Positions 44,401 through 53,307 of a stretch of DNA of 64,000 bases are shown piece after piece. Position 1 is the stretch's first letter; every line of letters begins with the position of its first letter. The notes beneath the pieces were generated by a model. That model did not search any database, had not been told where the DNA came from, and saw nothing but the letters and a program-made list of their open reading frames with translations. The DNA comes from Armatimonadota bacterium (lineage in GTDB: Bacteria > Armatimonadota > UBA5829 > DTJY01), in NCBI GenBank assembly GCA_029907255.1, contig JARYMF010000007.1, forward strand, positions 37,896-101,895. The letters run 5' to 3'. The translations under genes and the position numbers were made by a program.

Positions 44401-46728
44401 CTTTATTCAATGGGTAAGTTGCACGAAGCTGTTTCGCTACTGGAAGAGCATATCATGGCAGACCAGAATGATGCTCAGGCATACAATGACCTTGGCGTCC
44501 TGTATTTCGAAAAAGGCGAAATTGAGAAAGCGCAATATTGTCTTGAGAAATCGCTTGCGCTAGATGAGACCGATGATACTGTTCGGAAAAACCTTGTGGA
44601 CCTTTATCTTGCTTGCGGGCAATCGGAAAGAGCAGCAAAGCTAACTGGCAATGCCCAAGAGGATTCTAGTTGTCCAGGCTGCAAGTCTGCCAGACCTAGG
44701 ATAATTGCAATACTTGCCGCTTACAATGAAGGCGACGTTATATACCATGTAATTCGGGATTTAATCGAGCAAGATATTGAAGTATACCTTCTAAACCATC
44801 ATTCAACAGACAATACAGTTGAAGAAGCATCAAAATGGTTGGGCAAGGGCCTTATTGGCATAGAATTGTTTCCTGAAGAGAGTGGTCTCGACATTCCAAA
44901 TGATGTGTTTGCTCTTCGCTATATTCTTATGCGCAAGGAGCAGCTTGTTCGACAATTTGGTCCCGGTTGGTACATCAATGCAGATGCCGATGAGTTCCGC
45001 GAGTCGCCTTGGCCTGGTTTGAATCTCCGTGAGGGAATCGAACGTGTAGACGCATTGGGATACAATACAATCAATTTTGCAATTTTTGATTTTAAGCCAA
45101 CTGATAATTCATTTGTGCCTGGCGATGATGTCCGCAAATACTTGACCGGTTACTCAGCACCTGCCGTTTCGTGGGACAAAATGCAGGCAAGGTGTTGGAA
45201 GTATTGGGGCCAGGATTTCAAACTTTGGCATACCGGTGGTCATCTAGTTCAATTCGAAGGCAGGCGCGTATTTCCTATCCCGTTTATCCTCAGGCATTAC
45301 CCAATTAGAAGCGAAGCACATGGAGAGACTAAGATCTTCAGCCAACGAAAAAACCGCTTTGATGAAAATGAAAAAGCCGCTAACTGGCATGTGCAGTATA
45401 ACGATATCACTCGGGAAAATAAGAGATTCCTATGGGACAAGTCTCAGCTTACCCAATACGACAGAGACGAAGTGTGCCGCCAAATCCATAAGAGATTCGC
45501 TGGTGTGGAACTATCCGAGGATAATAGCGAAATAAGGATTGCAATTGTAGTTCTAGTCCACAACCAGCTCGATGACACAAGAAAGTGCTTGGAAAGCATA
45601 AGGCGACATACAAATCTGCCGTATGAGCTTGTGGTGGTGGATAACGGCTCCACAGATGGCACGGAGCAGTATCTTGAAGAGATTAAGACCAAATGGAATT
45701 CAAAACATTGCAGGGCAATCAAAGTCATACGTCATGAGACTAATCTTGGTTATGCGGCAGGCAACAACTCAGGTATTTTGGCCTCTGAGGGTGCATATGT
45801 TGTTATTCTAAACAACGATACAGTAGTTACTCCTGGCTGGCTTGAGCGTCTGGTTAGATGTGCGGATGATGACCCACGCATTGGTATTGTTGGGCCTGTG
45901 AGCAATAATGTTTCAGGTTCTCAACAAGTCGAAAGCGTTGATTATGACCAGTCTACTCTAGAGGGGCTTGAGGAATTTGCCAAGAAGTGGGCTGCCTTGC
46001 ATGATAGGCAGATTAAACCAATAACGAGAGTTGTTGGTTTCTGTATGTTGATAAAACGTGAGGTAATCGAAACAATCGGCGGCTTTGACCCAAGATTTGG
46101 GATAGGTAACTTCGAGGATGATGATTTCTCAATTCGTGCTGCGATTGCAGGATATTATTCTGTGGTAGCGCAGGACTGTTTTATTCACCACACTGGCAGT
46201 CGAACTTTTGTTGGTCAAAAGATTAATCATGATGCACTCATGCGAAAAAATTGGGACCTTTTTAAAGCAAAGTGGGGTATACCAGCTGAGCTACCTTTAG
46301 GTATACCGTACAACATGTCGTTTCTTCTCAAGCAAGCGTTCAATCCGGAGCGCCATCGTTGCCCACTGGAAATCTCGAGCTCATCTATTGTTTGGTTTGT
46401 TGCACCAGAGTGGGATAAGCCCGAAACATGGTGTCCGGTAATTGAAGAATATTTGCGGTCAAATGTATCAAAAAAAGATGCGCTTCTTAGCATGTATGCT
46501 GGACCACGCACAGCAAGTGACTCAAGTGCGGCAGCCGAACTGGTGGCTGACTTTTTGGCAACGCTAGGTGTAGATGAGGGTCAAACTCCCGACATTGAAA
46601 TAACAGGGGAGCTTCCTAAAAACGGGAATGTGCAAATTATACTATCGAACGGCGGGTTGGACGAATTTTTGCAATTTCAGTACCCTGGCCGATGCATTCG
46701 CATAGATGAGTTGCGCAAGGCAGCGTAA
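41440..46728 (+). CDS. 1762-aa multidomain glycosyl/phosphotransferase (TagF-like + WbsX/GH99-like + TPR + two GT2)
   Basis: ILFAPTY/KPHP/DILISDGSSLIFEF; RLIAFYLPQFH...NAWNEWGEG; TPR AQAYNDLG; AYNE..STD..DADE; VDNGSTD..LNND..EDDD. Confidence 0.85.
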   Translation: MRMGEEKVLGRHKRRVACYATLPFQLRSLKPIADGFEDSLISYSHKEIMDWQPDVIITADVSQLPLFREYCDAHNVLLIGMRHGPATKYTSPEKEYSVADYVCASDWDVDDFTKAGVRPKRGFLLTGNPWVDDVFKIPERKLCKDAPTILFAPTYNPEVSAARFFEDKLANLIHSVYPRSKIIIKPHPAILQYDHPYVVQHREIFRRWIRQWLAICQDSNLVTLIDDPAASISQFFPDADILISDGSSLIFEFMVLNRPILLYTSPEKVGIWEYDSRALGNAWRDVGTEFTTQEEFIFALKNAFVNHSEIQSTKQKQYTNILYGNYQDGQSTERVIQSIRNLPYLDIALLTDKNASRVKEFYEGLSNILRNSTIHVLEDIEPEGKDSQLNAFFEKSDSQFVMVIDYDRGKRLQCADFISRSLQIMSQDPSVAAAGRLVDGWVERSFAIFDRKKVLDVGGFSKSDSDLCMRLLEKGWKVISAWDDRPVIRFESGFYDEEHGVRWMAEEAVMRVGWSVCDVEKFPPLCLTFDVVCSNSKHYPNFPFSLKIYDGEATIKEIRFDKSYKKEKVEILLPCIEGPHTLRFISDESYVPREIGINGDPRRLSVMINNVKLNAQILNKHIQTECPVRLIAFYLPQFHPIPENDKWWGKGFTDWDNVRKAKPLFEGHYQPHMPADLGYYDLRNPEVREAQAEMAKKYGIEGFCYWHYWFNGKMLLERPFNEVLESGKPDFPFCLAWANENWTRNWDGHENLILQPQEYGGEADDFAHFEWLLKAFRDPRYIKVDGKPLFLIYRPMDIPNVENTLALWRQLAGSAGLQGLYVIAIRISLDKTVDGYWLKQGFDAELLFQPSFGRLWDKYGAGEIPGVLNEYGEGDGEPGLILNYNDAWHVMASMEGNCLRTVVPSWDNTPRRKYGAFILRDSTPKAYGEWLKLEIERVSSRPPEQRIVFINAWNEWGEGNHLEPDVRFGHGYLEATKRAIVGAQTARLYSMGKLHEAVSLLEEHIMADQNDAQAYNDLGVLYFEKGEIEKAQYCLEKSLALDETDDTVRKNLVDLYLACGQSERAAKLTGNAQEDSSCPGCKSARPRIIAILAAYNEGDVIYHVIRDLIEQDIEVYLLNHHSTDNTVEEASKWLGKGLIGIELFPEESGLDIPNDVFALRYILMRKEQLVRQFGPGWYINADADEFRESPWPGLNLREGIERVDALGYNTINFAIFDFKPTDNSFVPGDDVRKYLTGYSAPAVSWDKMQARCWKYWGQDFKLWHTGGHLVQFEGRRVFPIPFILRHYPIRSEAHGETKIFSQRKNRFDENEKAANWHVQYNDITRENKRFLWDKSQLTQYDRDEVCRQIHKRFAGVELSEDNSEIRIAIVVLVHNQLDDTRKCLESIRRHTNLPYELVVVDNGSTDGTEQYLEEIKTKWNSKHCRAIKVIRHETNLGYAAGNNSGILASEGAYVVILNNDTVVTPGWLERLVRCADDDPRIGIVGPVSNNVSGSQQVESVDYDQSTLEGLEEFAKKWAALHDRQIKPITRVVGFCMLIKREVIETIGGFDPRFGIGNFEDDDFSIRAAIAGYYSVVAQDCFIHHTGSRTFVGQKINHDALMRKNWDLFKAKWGIPAELPLGIPYNMSFLLKQAFNPERHRCPLEISSSSIVWFVAPEWDKPETWCPVIEEYLRSNVSKKDALLSMYAGPRTASDSSAAAELVADFLATLGVDEGQTPDIEITGELPKNGNVQIILSNGGLDEFLQFQYPGRCIRIDELRKAA

Positions 46729-46778
46729 TTAGGTGTGACAAGGCAATAGTTGATCTGAGACGGAGGCGAGGTATTAAA

Positions 46779-49007
46779 ATGCCTGTACGAGTTACAAAAG
46801 CCATGACAGTCGGTAATGAGAAACAGTTAGGGCTTGATGCACTAAGGGAAAAACGGTGGGCAGAGGCAGCCGACTATCTGGAAAGAGCACTCAATGGTTC
46901 GCCAGCAGATGTTGAAATTATGAATGCACTGGCAGTTGCATATAGTGCACTGGGTAACGGCAAAGCTGCTCGCACAATACTTGGGCAGGCAGTTCGGGTG
47001 TCGCCAGAATATCCCGAAACATATAAAAATCTTGCGGTGCTACTTGCGCGCGAGGGCAGGGTACTGGAAGCGGCAGATAATGCTTGTCAAGCAGTCGAAC
47101 TTTCTCCTTCTAATCCAGAAAATGTCCGAGTGCTTCGAGAAGTACAAGAACTGGTTCGAAAGCTTTCACATTCGACAAAGAAAGAGAAGAAGTTAAACCG
47201 GCGTGTTGGAGGACCAACGCGCACCGAGATTAATGCGCGCCTTGCTAAGATTAATTCAGTTATTAAAAGGACACAGTCTATTAGCGAACAAGTGCCTACT
47301 CTTTCACTATGCATGATTGTAAAAAACGAAGAAGCAAATCTCGATTCTTGTCTTCGTAGCGTAAAAGGCATCGTGAATGAAATAATCATTGTTGATACCG
47401 GGTCAACAGACCGCACGCCAGAGATTGCACAATCTCATGGGGCAAAAGTTTATTATTTTCCATGGACTGATAACTATGCCGAAGCTCGGAATAAGTCACT
47501 AAGCTATGCAACTGGAACGTGGGTTCTCATACTGGATGCTGATGAGCAGCTTGATAAATCTGCAGGCCAAGTAATTCTTAAGGCAATAAAAGAACCCGTT
47601 GCTGATGCGTTTGCATTGCTTTTCCACAACTATATGTCCGAAAGCCAAGGTCCTGATATGTTTATCCATCGCACTTGCCGGTTGTTCCGCAACAAACCCG
47701 AATATCGGTATGAAGGACGAGTGCATGAACGCATAGTCCCTTCTATTGAGCGGTCGGGTGGAAAAATGGCATATCTCGATGCGGTAATCCACCATTTTGG
47801 CTATAGGCCTGCTGTAATGTTAGAACGTTGCAAGCACGAGCGATATATTCGCCTTCTTGAAGCAGACCTTGCGGAGAACCCAAATGATCCATATTGCCTC
47901 TACAATCTAGCTTCTGTTTACATAACAAAAGGCAACTATAAGGAGGCGCTTGGATATCTTAAGAAGGCTGAGGAATACATTACGCGAAGTCATGAATTTG
48001 CTGCTGCCACTTATTCGCATATGGCGCATGCCTTTTGTGAACTTGGGAGTCCAGAAGAGGCTATAAACGCATTGGAGCGGGCGCAAAACAAAGGCATATG
48101 CCATCCTGAATTGAATTTTGCGAAGGGGAATGCTCTTCTAGTCCTTGGGAGATATGCAGAAGCAATCACTGAGTTTGTGTCTGCTGTCCAGCTCGGCCAG
48201 AGTGGTGGATGGATTGGTGATCCTGGTGCATTTGGATATAAGGCATATTTTGGAATAGCTAGTGCTTGCATGGGATTGCAAGATTACCAGAAGGCTGCTG
48301 AATATGCCGAGCTGGTGGTAAAAGAAAACCCTGGTGACGCTAAGGCACATGAACTCCTAACCATTGCTTATCTTCGTTTAGGCAAGATGGCTCAGGCTGA
48401 AAAACATGGAAAGGAGTGGCTTCGATTATCGCCGGGTGATGCCCGGGCAGTGATAGGTTTTGCCCAGGTTTTGCAGGCAAGCGGTCAATTTAAAGAGGCA
48501 AGGAATCTCTATGTTTCGCTTCTAGATTTGGATTGCGAAACTGCTGAACTTCATTTCAACTTGGGTGTTTGTGCAGAGGCACTCAATGAGCTTGAAGATG
48601 CTAGTCGGCATTTTACCAGGGCAATTGAATTGCAGCCTGATTTTGTCGAGGCGCATACCAACTTAGGACGGTGTCACGCGAAACAAGGGCGAATCTCTGA
48701 AGCGCTTGCTTGTTTTGCACACGCTGTGGAAATAGACCCGGGGTATGCGAATGCTTATTTTAATGCAGGGGATATTCTGTATTCGGCTGGCCGTTATGAG
48801 GATGCTATAAATGTCTATCAGAATGGGTTAATGTGTTATCCAAATAATCCTGCTGCATTCCTTGCCATAGGAAATTGCTACTTCCGCATGGGGGCGTATG
48901 AAGCCGCTATTATGGGTTACCGCCAAGCTTTGGCTCTTCGCCCGAATTACCCTGAGGCCCAAGCTAATCTTTCTAAGGCTCTACAGCATGTAAAATCCTC
49001 AGTTTGA
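46779..49007 (+). CDS. TPR-containing GT2 glycosyltransferase (flagellin O-glycosyltransferase type)
   Basis: LSLCMIVKNEE, DTGSTD, LDADE and GRVHE motifs, flanked by many TPRs. Confidence 0.88.
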   Translation: MPVRVTKAMTVGNEKQLGLDALREKRWAEAADYLERALNGSPADVEIMNALAVAYSALGNGKAARTILGQAVRVSPEYPETYKNLAVLLAREGRVLEAADNACQAVELSPSNPENVRVLREVQELVRKLSHSTKKEKKLNRRVGGPTRTEINARLAKINSVIKRTQSISEQVPTLSLCMIVKNEEANLDSCLRSVKGIVNEIIIVDTGSTDRTPEIAQSHGAKVYYFPWTDNYAEARNKSLSYATGTWVLILDADEQLDKSAGQVILKAIKEPVADAFALLFHNYMSESQGPDMFIHRTCRLFRNKPEYRYEGRVHERIVPSIERSGGKMAYLDAVIHHFGYRPAVMLERCKHERYIRLLEADLAENPNDPYCLYNLASVYITKGNYKEALGYLKKAEEYITRSHEFAAATYSHMAHAFCELGSPEEAINALERAQNKGICHPELNFAKGNALLVLGRYAEAITEFVSAVQLGQSGGWIGDPGAFGYKAYFGIASACMGLQDYQKAAEYAELVVKENPGDAKAHELLTIAYLRLGKMAQAEKHGKEWLRLSPGDARAVIGFAQVLQASGQFKEARNLYVSLLDLDCETAELHFNLGVCAEALNELEDASRHFTRAIELQPDFVEAHTNLGRCHAKQGRISEALACFAHAVEIDPGYANAYFNAGDILYSAGRYEDAINVYQNGLMCYPNNPAAFLAIGNCYFRMGAYEAAIMGYRQALALRPNYPEAQANLSKALQHVKSSV

Positions 49008-49084
49008 ACCAAACCCGAAGGTTTTTCTCCCGCCAGTGTTTAATAAATTTGCGGTTGATGTAATTCATCCGTGGATTGACTAAA

Positions 49085-50026
49085 ATGGAACGCCGCGAAT
49101 TAGGGAGAACAGGTATCTGGGTATCAAGGCTTGCCTTCGGGACGCTGCCTTTCAAACTCCACGAAATGCCAATTAGCGATGGCGCGGAACTTCTTGTTTC
49201 TGCGGCAGAAATGGGCATCGATTTTTTTGACCTCGCAGAAATTTATGGTTCATATCCTCACATGCAGAAAGCTCTTAAGCATATGGAGTTACCTCCTATA
49301 ATTGCCGCCAAGTCCATGGCAAAGGACGCAAGCTCCATGATTACTTCAATCAACACTGCGCTTCGAGAAATTGGCGTACCAAGGCTTGACATTTTCAAGC
49401 TTCATAACGTGGATAGCGTCGAGGACTTGAATAGTAGATTGCCTGCGTGGGAAGAGCTAGTTAAGGCTAAATCAAAGGGATTAATTCGTGCAATTGGTGT
49501 ATCTACACATTCCTGCCGCGTGTTAGAGGAAGTCATTAGTTGGCCCGAGTTGGACGTTGTTCTAGTGGTTTTTAATAGAGGTTTTAAGGGTGTTGTGGAA
49601 GGAACAATGGCAGAGATGCTGGATGGCATCAAGGCAGCCCATAGCGCTGGCAAGGGTGTCTACATTATGAAGGCACTTGGCGGTGGGCTACTGTACGCGA
49701 ATGCTAGGGAAGCTTTGGAGTTCGCATTTAGCGTTGAAGAAGCTGATTCGGTTGCCGTTGGAATGCATAGCCTCCAAGAAGTAATATACAATGTGGCTGT
49801 GTGCAAGGGCGAGGCTGTTCCGCCTTCCGTAGAAACGAGTCTAAAGCAGCGTAAAAGACGCTGGCATGTCCGTCCATTCTGCCGAGGTTGTGGGGCTTGT
49901 ATATCCGCTTGCCGTTATGGAGCACTCCGCATGGGCGAGAAAACGCCAGTTGCGGATGAGGAGAAGTGCATACTTTGTGGATATTGCGGCTTCGAATGTC
50001 CTGCGATGGCGATTAAAATATTGTAG
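49085..50026 (+). CDS. Aldo/keto reductase with C-terminal 2x[4Fe-4S] ferredoxin domain
   Basis: RELGRTG, DLAEIYG and IGVSTH motifs; CRGCGACISAC and CILCGYCGFECP. Confidence 0.88.
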   Translation: MERRELGRTGIWVSRLAFGTLPFKLHEMPISDGAELLVSAAEMGIDFFDLAEIYGSYPHMQKALKHMELPPIIAAKSMAKDASSMITSINTALREIGVPRLDIFKLHNVDSVEDLNSRLPAWEELVKAKSKGLIRAIGVSTHSCRVLEEVISWPELDVVLVVFNRGFKGVVEGTMAEMLDGIKAAHSAGKGVYIMKALGGGLLYANAREALEFAFSVEEADSVAVGMHSLQEVIYNVAVCKGEAVPPSVETSLKQRKRRWHVRPFCRGCGACISACRYGALRMGEKTPVADEEKCILCGYCGFECPAMAIKIL

Positions 50027-50182
50027 GCGACTAATTTTTAGAAAGGTCTTTTTTGCAAACAAGACAAAGGACTAAAAGCATCCAGTGGCATGCGCTCCTG
50101 CTTTGTCTTCGTTTAACTTGGTAAGGACCGATAAACTCGTCATTTTGGAGGACACTTGTTATAATAAGCAAGTCATATTGGG

Positions 50183-51010
50183 TTGGAGATGCCAATGAAG
50201 TTTTCAATTTGCAACGAGCTTTTTGAAAATTGGCCTATAGAGAAAGTATTCGTTACTGCTGCCGAAATCGGATATGATGGCGTTGAGATTGCCCCGTTCA
50301 CTCTCGCAACATCGGTTTACGAAATCATAGATGCACGACGCCGAGAGATTGCTCGAGCTGCCGCTGATGCTGGTGTTGAGATTGTTGGGCTTCACTGGTT
50401 GCTGGTGAAACCAGAAGGATTATATATCAATCATCCAGATGCAGATGTTCGCAAGCGAACGCGCGACTACCTTGATGCGCTGATTTGCTTGTGCAGTGAT
50501 CTCGGTGGTCGCGTTCTCATTTTCGGCTCGCCGAAGCAGAGGAACGTGCACGAAAGCCTAACTTACGAGCAGGCTTGGAATTACGCATGCGAAACATTTT
50601 CGCATTGTGCGGAAAAGGCACGGGAAAATGATGTCTACCTTTGCATAGAGGCGCTACCTCCGCGGGAGACCAACTTCATAAACACAGTTGAGGAAGCGCT
50701 GGCAATGGTTCGTGCAGTTGGTAAGCCTAACTTTCGCACAATGGTTGATGTAAAAAGCATGTGCTCCGAGGCTCGGTCAATTCCGGAGATTGTTTGTAGC
50801 GCAGGTGAACATATCATGCACGTTCATGCTAATGACGCAAGTGGACGAGGGCCAGGGATGGGCGATACAGATTTTCATGTTGTGTCGTCAGCCCTTCGCG
50901 AAATCAGGTATAATGGCTATGTCTCGGTAGAGGTTTTCGATTACAAGCCCGACCCAATAACAATTGCAAAGCAAAGTTTAGCTTATTTGAGGGAAACGTT
51001 TGGTTGTTAG
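50183..51010 (+). CDS. Sugar phosphate isomerase/epimerase (ketose 3-epimerase-like TIM barrel)
   Basis: GYDGVEIAP, FGSPKQR, IEAL, HVHAND and VSVEVF motifs. Confidence 0.85.
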   Translation: MEMPMKFSICNELFENWPIEKVFVTAAEIGYDGVEIAPFTLATSVYEIIDARRREIARAAADAGVEIVGLHWLLVKPEGLYINHPDADVRKRTRDYLDALICLCSDLGGRVLIFGSPKQRNVHESLTYEQAWNYACETFSHCAEKARENDVYLCIEALPPRETNFINTVEEALAMVRAVGKPNFRTMVDVKSMCSEARSIPEIVCSAGEHIMHVHANDASGRGPGMGDTDFHVVSSALREIRYNGYVSVEVFDYKPDPITIAKQSLAYLRETFGC

Positions 51011-51081
51011 ATATTCGCTGAGGATTTTTCTTTTCCAGTAATAGAAGAGAACAAAAAACTTAATTTTGAGATGATTCAGCC

Positions 51082-52461
51082 ATGACTATCAGATTTTTCA
51101 ATACATTAACCCGCGAAAAAGACGAATTTCGAGCAATAAATGACATGAAGGTTGGACTCTATACCTGTGGGCCAACCGTATATGACTTCGCCCATATTGG
51201 AAACTGGCGCACTTACTTATTCGAGGATATTCTTCGGCGACACCTCGAATACCGCGGTTTCGAAGTAGCACACGTGATGAATATCACGGATGTTGACGAC
51301 AAGACAATACGCGGTGCTAGGGAAAAAGGCATAAGTCTCAACGAGTATACTCTTCCATTTATTGAGGCTTTTTATGAGGACAGGGACCATCTAAACATCG
51401 AGCCGGCGCATGTATACCCCAGGGCGACCGAGCACATTCAGGAGATGGTTGCCCTGATAAAGAAGCTTCTTGACAAAGGTATAGCATATAAAGCTGAAGA
51501 CGGCTCGATTTACTACGACATCTCAAAATTTCCTGGCTACGGCAAACTTTCTCATTTTAAGATAGGAGAGTTGAAAGCCGGCGCACGGGTTAGCTCCGAT
51601 GAATATGAAAAAGAGCAGGTTTCCGATTTTGCTCTTTGGAAGGCTTGGGATGAGGCAGACGGCAATGTATATTGGGACACTGAGCTTGGAAGAGGCCGAC
51701 CCGGATGGCATATCGAATGTTCAGCAATGAGCATGAAGTATTTGGGCGAAACATTTGACATCCATACTGGTGGCGTTGATAACATCTTTCCACATCATGA
51801 AAACGAAATAGCCCAGTCTGAGGCTGCAACCGGAAAACCATTCGTCAACTATTGGCTTCACTCAGAGCACCTCCTCGTAGAAAATCGCAAAATGAGCAAA
51901 TCACTTGGCAATTTCTACACGCTCAGAGATGTAATGGCTCGAGGGTATGATCCACTTGCGTTTAGGTATTTGGTCCTTGGTGCACATTATCGGTCAAAAT
52001 TGAATTTCACTTGGCAAGCGCTGGATGCGGCTGAAACAGCGCTTGAGAATTTATATGAATTCGTAGCGCGGCTCGACAGGGAAAACCCAACTGGACTTGA
52101 TGACGCGGTCGCCCGCTGGACTAGTGCGTTTGATGAAGCAATGGATGACGATTTGAATACGCCTGTTGCACTGGCTGCGGTGTTTAGTTTGATTAAAGAG
52201 GTCAATATTCACGGCCGTGGTGGTCGAGAAGTCTTCGCTGCAATGGTGAACTTTGACCGAATTCTAGGTCTCAAGCTTTCCGAGCGAGGGGTGCCTTTTG
52301 AAGTGGAAATACCCTCGGATATAATGAGACTCGTCGAAGAACGTCAGAAGGCAAGAAAGGCACGCGATTTTGCTACCGCCGATCGCATCCGCGATGAGAT
52401 TCTAGCTGCCGGATACATAGTAGAGGATACCCCCGAGGGTCCCAGAGTAAAGAAGAAATAG
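51082..52461 (+). CDS. cysS: Cysteine--tRNA ligase
   Basis: CGPTVY, HIGN, GRPGWHIECSAM, FPHHENE and KMSKS motifs. Confidence 0.98.
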   Translation: MTIRFFNTLTREKDEFRAINDMKVGLYTCGPTVYDFAHIGNWRTYLFEDILRRHLEYRGFEVAHVMNITDVDDKTIRGAREKGISLNEYTLPFIEAFYEDRDHLNIEPAHVYPRATEHIQEMVALIKKLLDKGIAYKAEDGSIYYDISKFPGYGKLSHFKIGELKAGARVSSDEYEKEQVSDFALWKAWDEADGNVYWDTELGRGRPGWHIECSAMSMKYLGETFDIHTGGVDNIFPHHENEIAQSEAATGKPFVNYWLHSEHLLVENRKMSKSLGNFYTLRDVMARGYDPLAFRYLVLGAHYRSKLNFTWQALDAAETALENLYEFVARLDRENPTGLDDAVARWTSAFDEAMDDDLNTPVALAAVFSLIKEVNIHGRGGREVFAAMVNFDRILGLKLSERGVPFEVEIPSDIMRLVEERQKARKARDFATADRIRDEILAAGYIVEDTPEGPRVKKK

Positions 52462-52527
52462 GGGGTTTGCAATTTTTAACCATGGGCTCCAAGCGATAAT
52501 AGAGCAGTAAGTTTGAGGAGGCTAATT

Positions 52528-53229
52528 ATGCGAATTTTAGCAGTTGGGGCGCATCCCGACGATATAGAAATCCTATGCGCTGGCACACTTGCTAAGTATG
52601 CAAGCCAAGGCCATGACATTATTATGTGCCATGCATGTATTGGAGATAAAGGGCATTTCCACATTCCAAATGATGAGCTTGCGAAAATTAGGCGCAAAGA
52701 GGCTCAGCTATCGGCAAGCAGGATTGGAGCCGAAAGCATATCGCTGGGCATACCAGACTGTGAAATTTTCAATAATCGAGAGACTTTGGCGGTATTCATT
52801 GATATGATTCGCGTAACTAAGCCCGACTTGATAATTACGCACTCGCCAACTGACTATATGCCTGATCATTGTGTAGTTAGTGGCTTGGTTTATGATGCAT
52901 CCTTCCATGCCTCGTTGCCTAATTGGAAGACAGAGCACGAATATCACGACAAAGTTCCACCGGTTATCTATATGGATAACGTTGCTGGGGTGGACTTTGA
53001 ACCAGGCGAATATGTGGATATTACGGATTTTATTGAAAAAAAGAAGGAAATGATGATGTGTCATCAGAGTCAAGTCGTCTGGCTAAAAGAGCACGATAAC
53101 CTGGATGTTATTCAGTTTATAGAAGATTGCGCTAAGTTCCGAGGATGGCAGTGTGGTGTTAAATACGCAGAAGCTTTCCGTACTGTCAACCGCTGGCCTA
53201 GATTGAGAACTCAGCGGTTGCTGCCTTGA
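52528..53229 (+). CDS. PIG-L/LmbE family N-deacetylase
   Basis: GAHPDDIE, DYMPDH, HQSQ and YAEAF motifs. Confidence 0.9.
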   Translation: MRILAVGAHPDDIEILCAGTLAKYASQGHDIIMCHACIGDKGHFHIPNDELAKIRRKEAQLSASRIGAESISLGIPDCEIFNNRETLAVFIDMIRVTKPDLIITHSPTDYMPDHCVVSGLVYDASFHASLPNWKTEHEYHDKVPPVIYMDNVAGVDFEPGEYVDITDFIEKKKEMMMCHQSQVVWLKEHDNLDVIQFIEDCAKFRGWQCGVKYAEAFRTVNRWPRLRTQRLLP

Positions 53230-53307
53230 TTTTATACGCTTGGAAAGATCTCTTTCCAAAAATCCAATCATTTTATTCGTTTTAATTTCGATATTGGAGG
53301 TACAGCT

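Noticed and set aside
50086..50101. TGGCAT...CTGC as a fourth sigma54 promoter
   Set aside because: GG-to-GC spacing is off by one and the TTGC element is absent.
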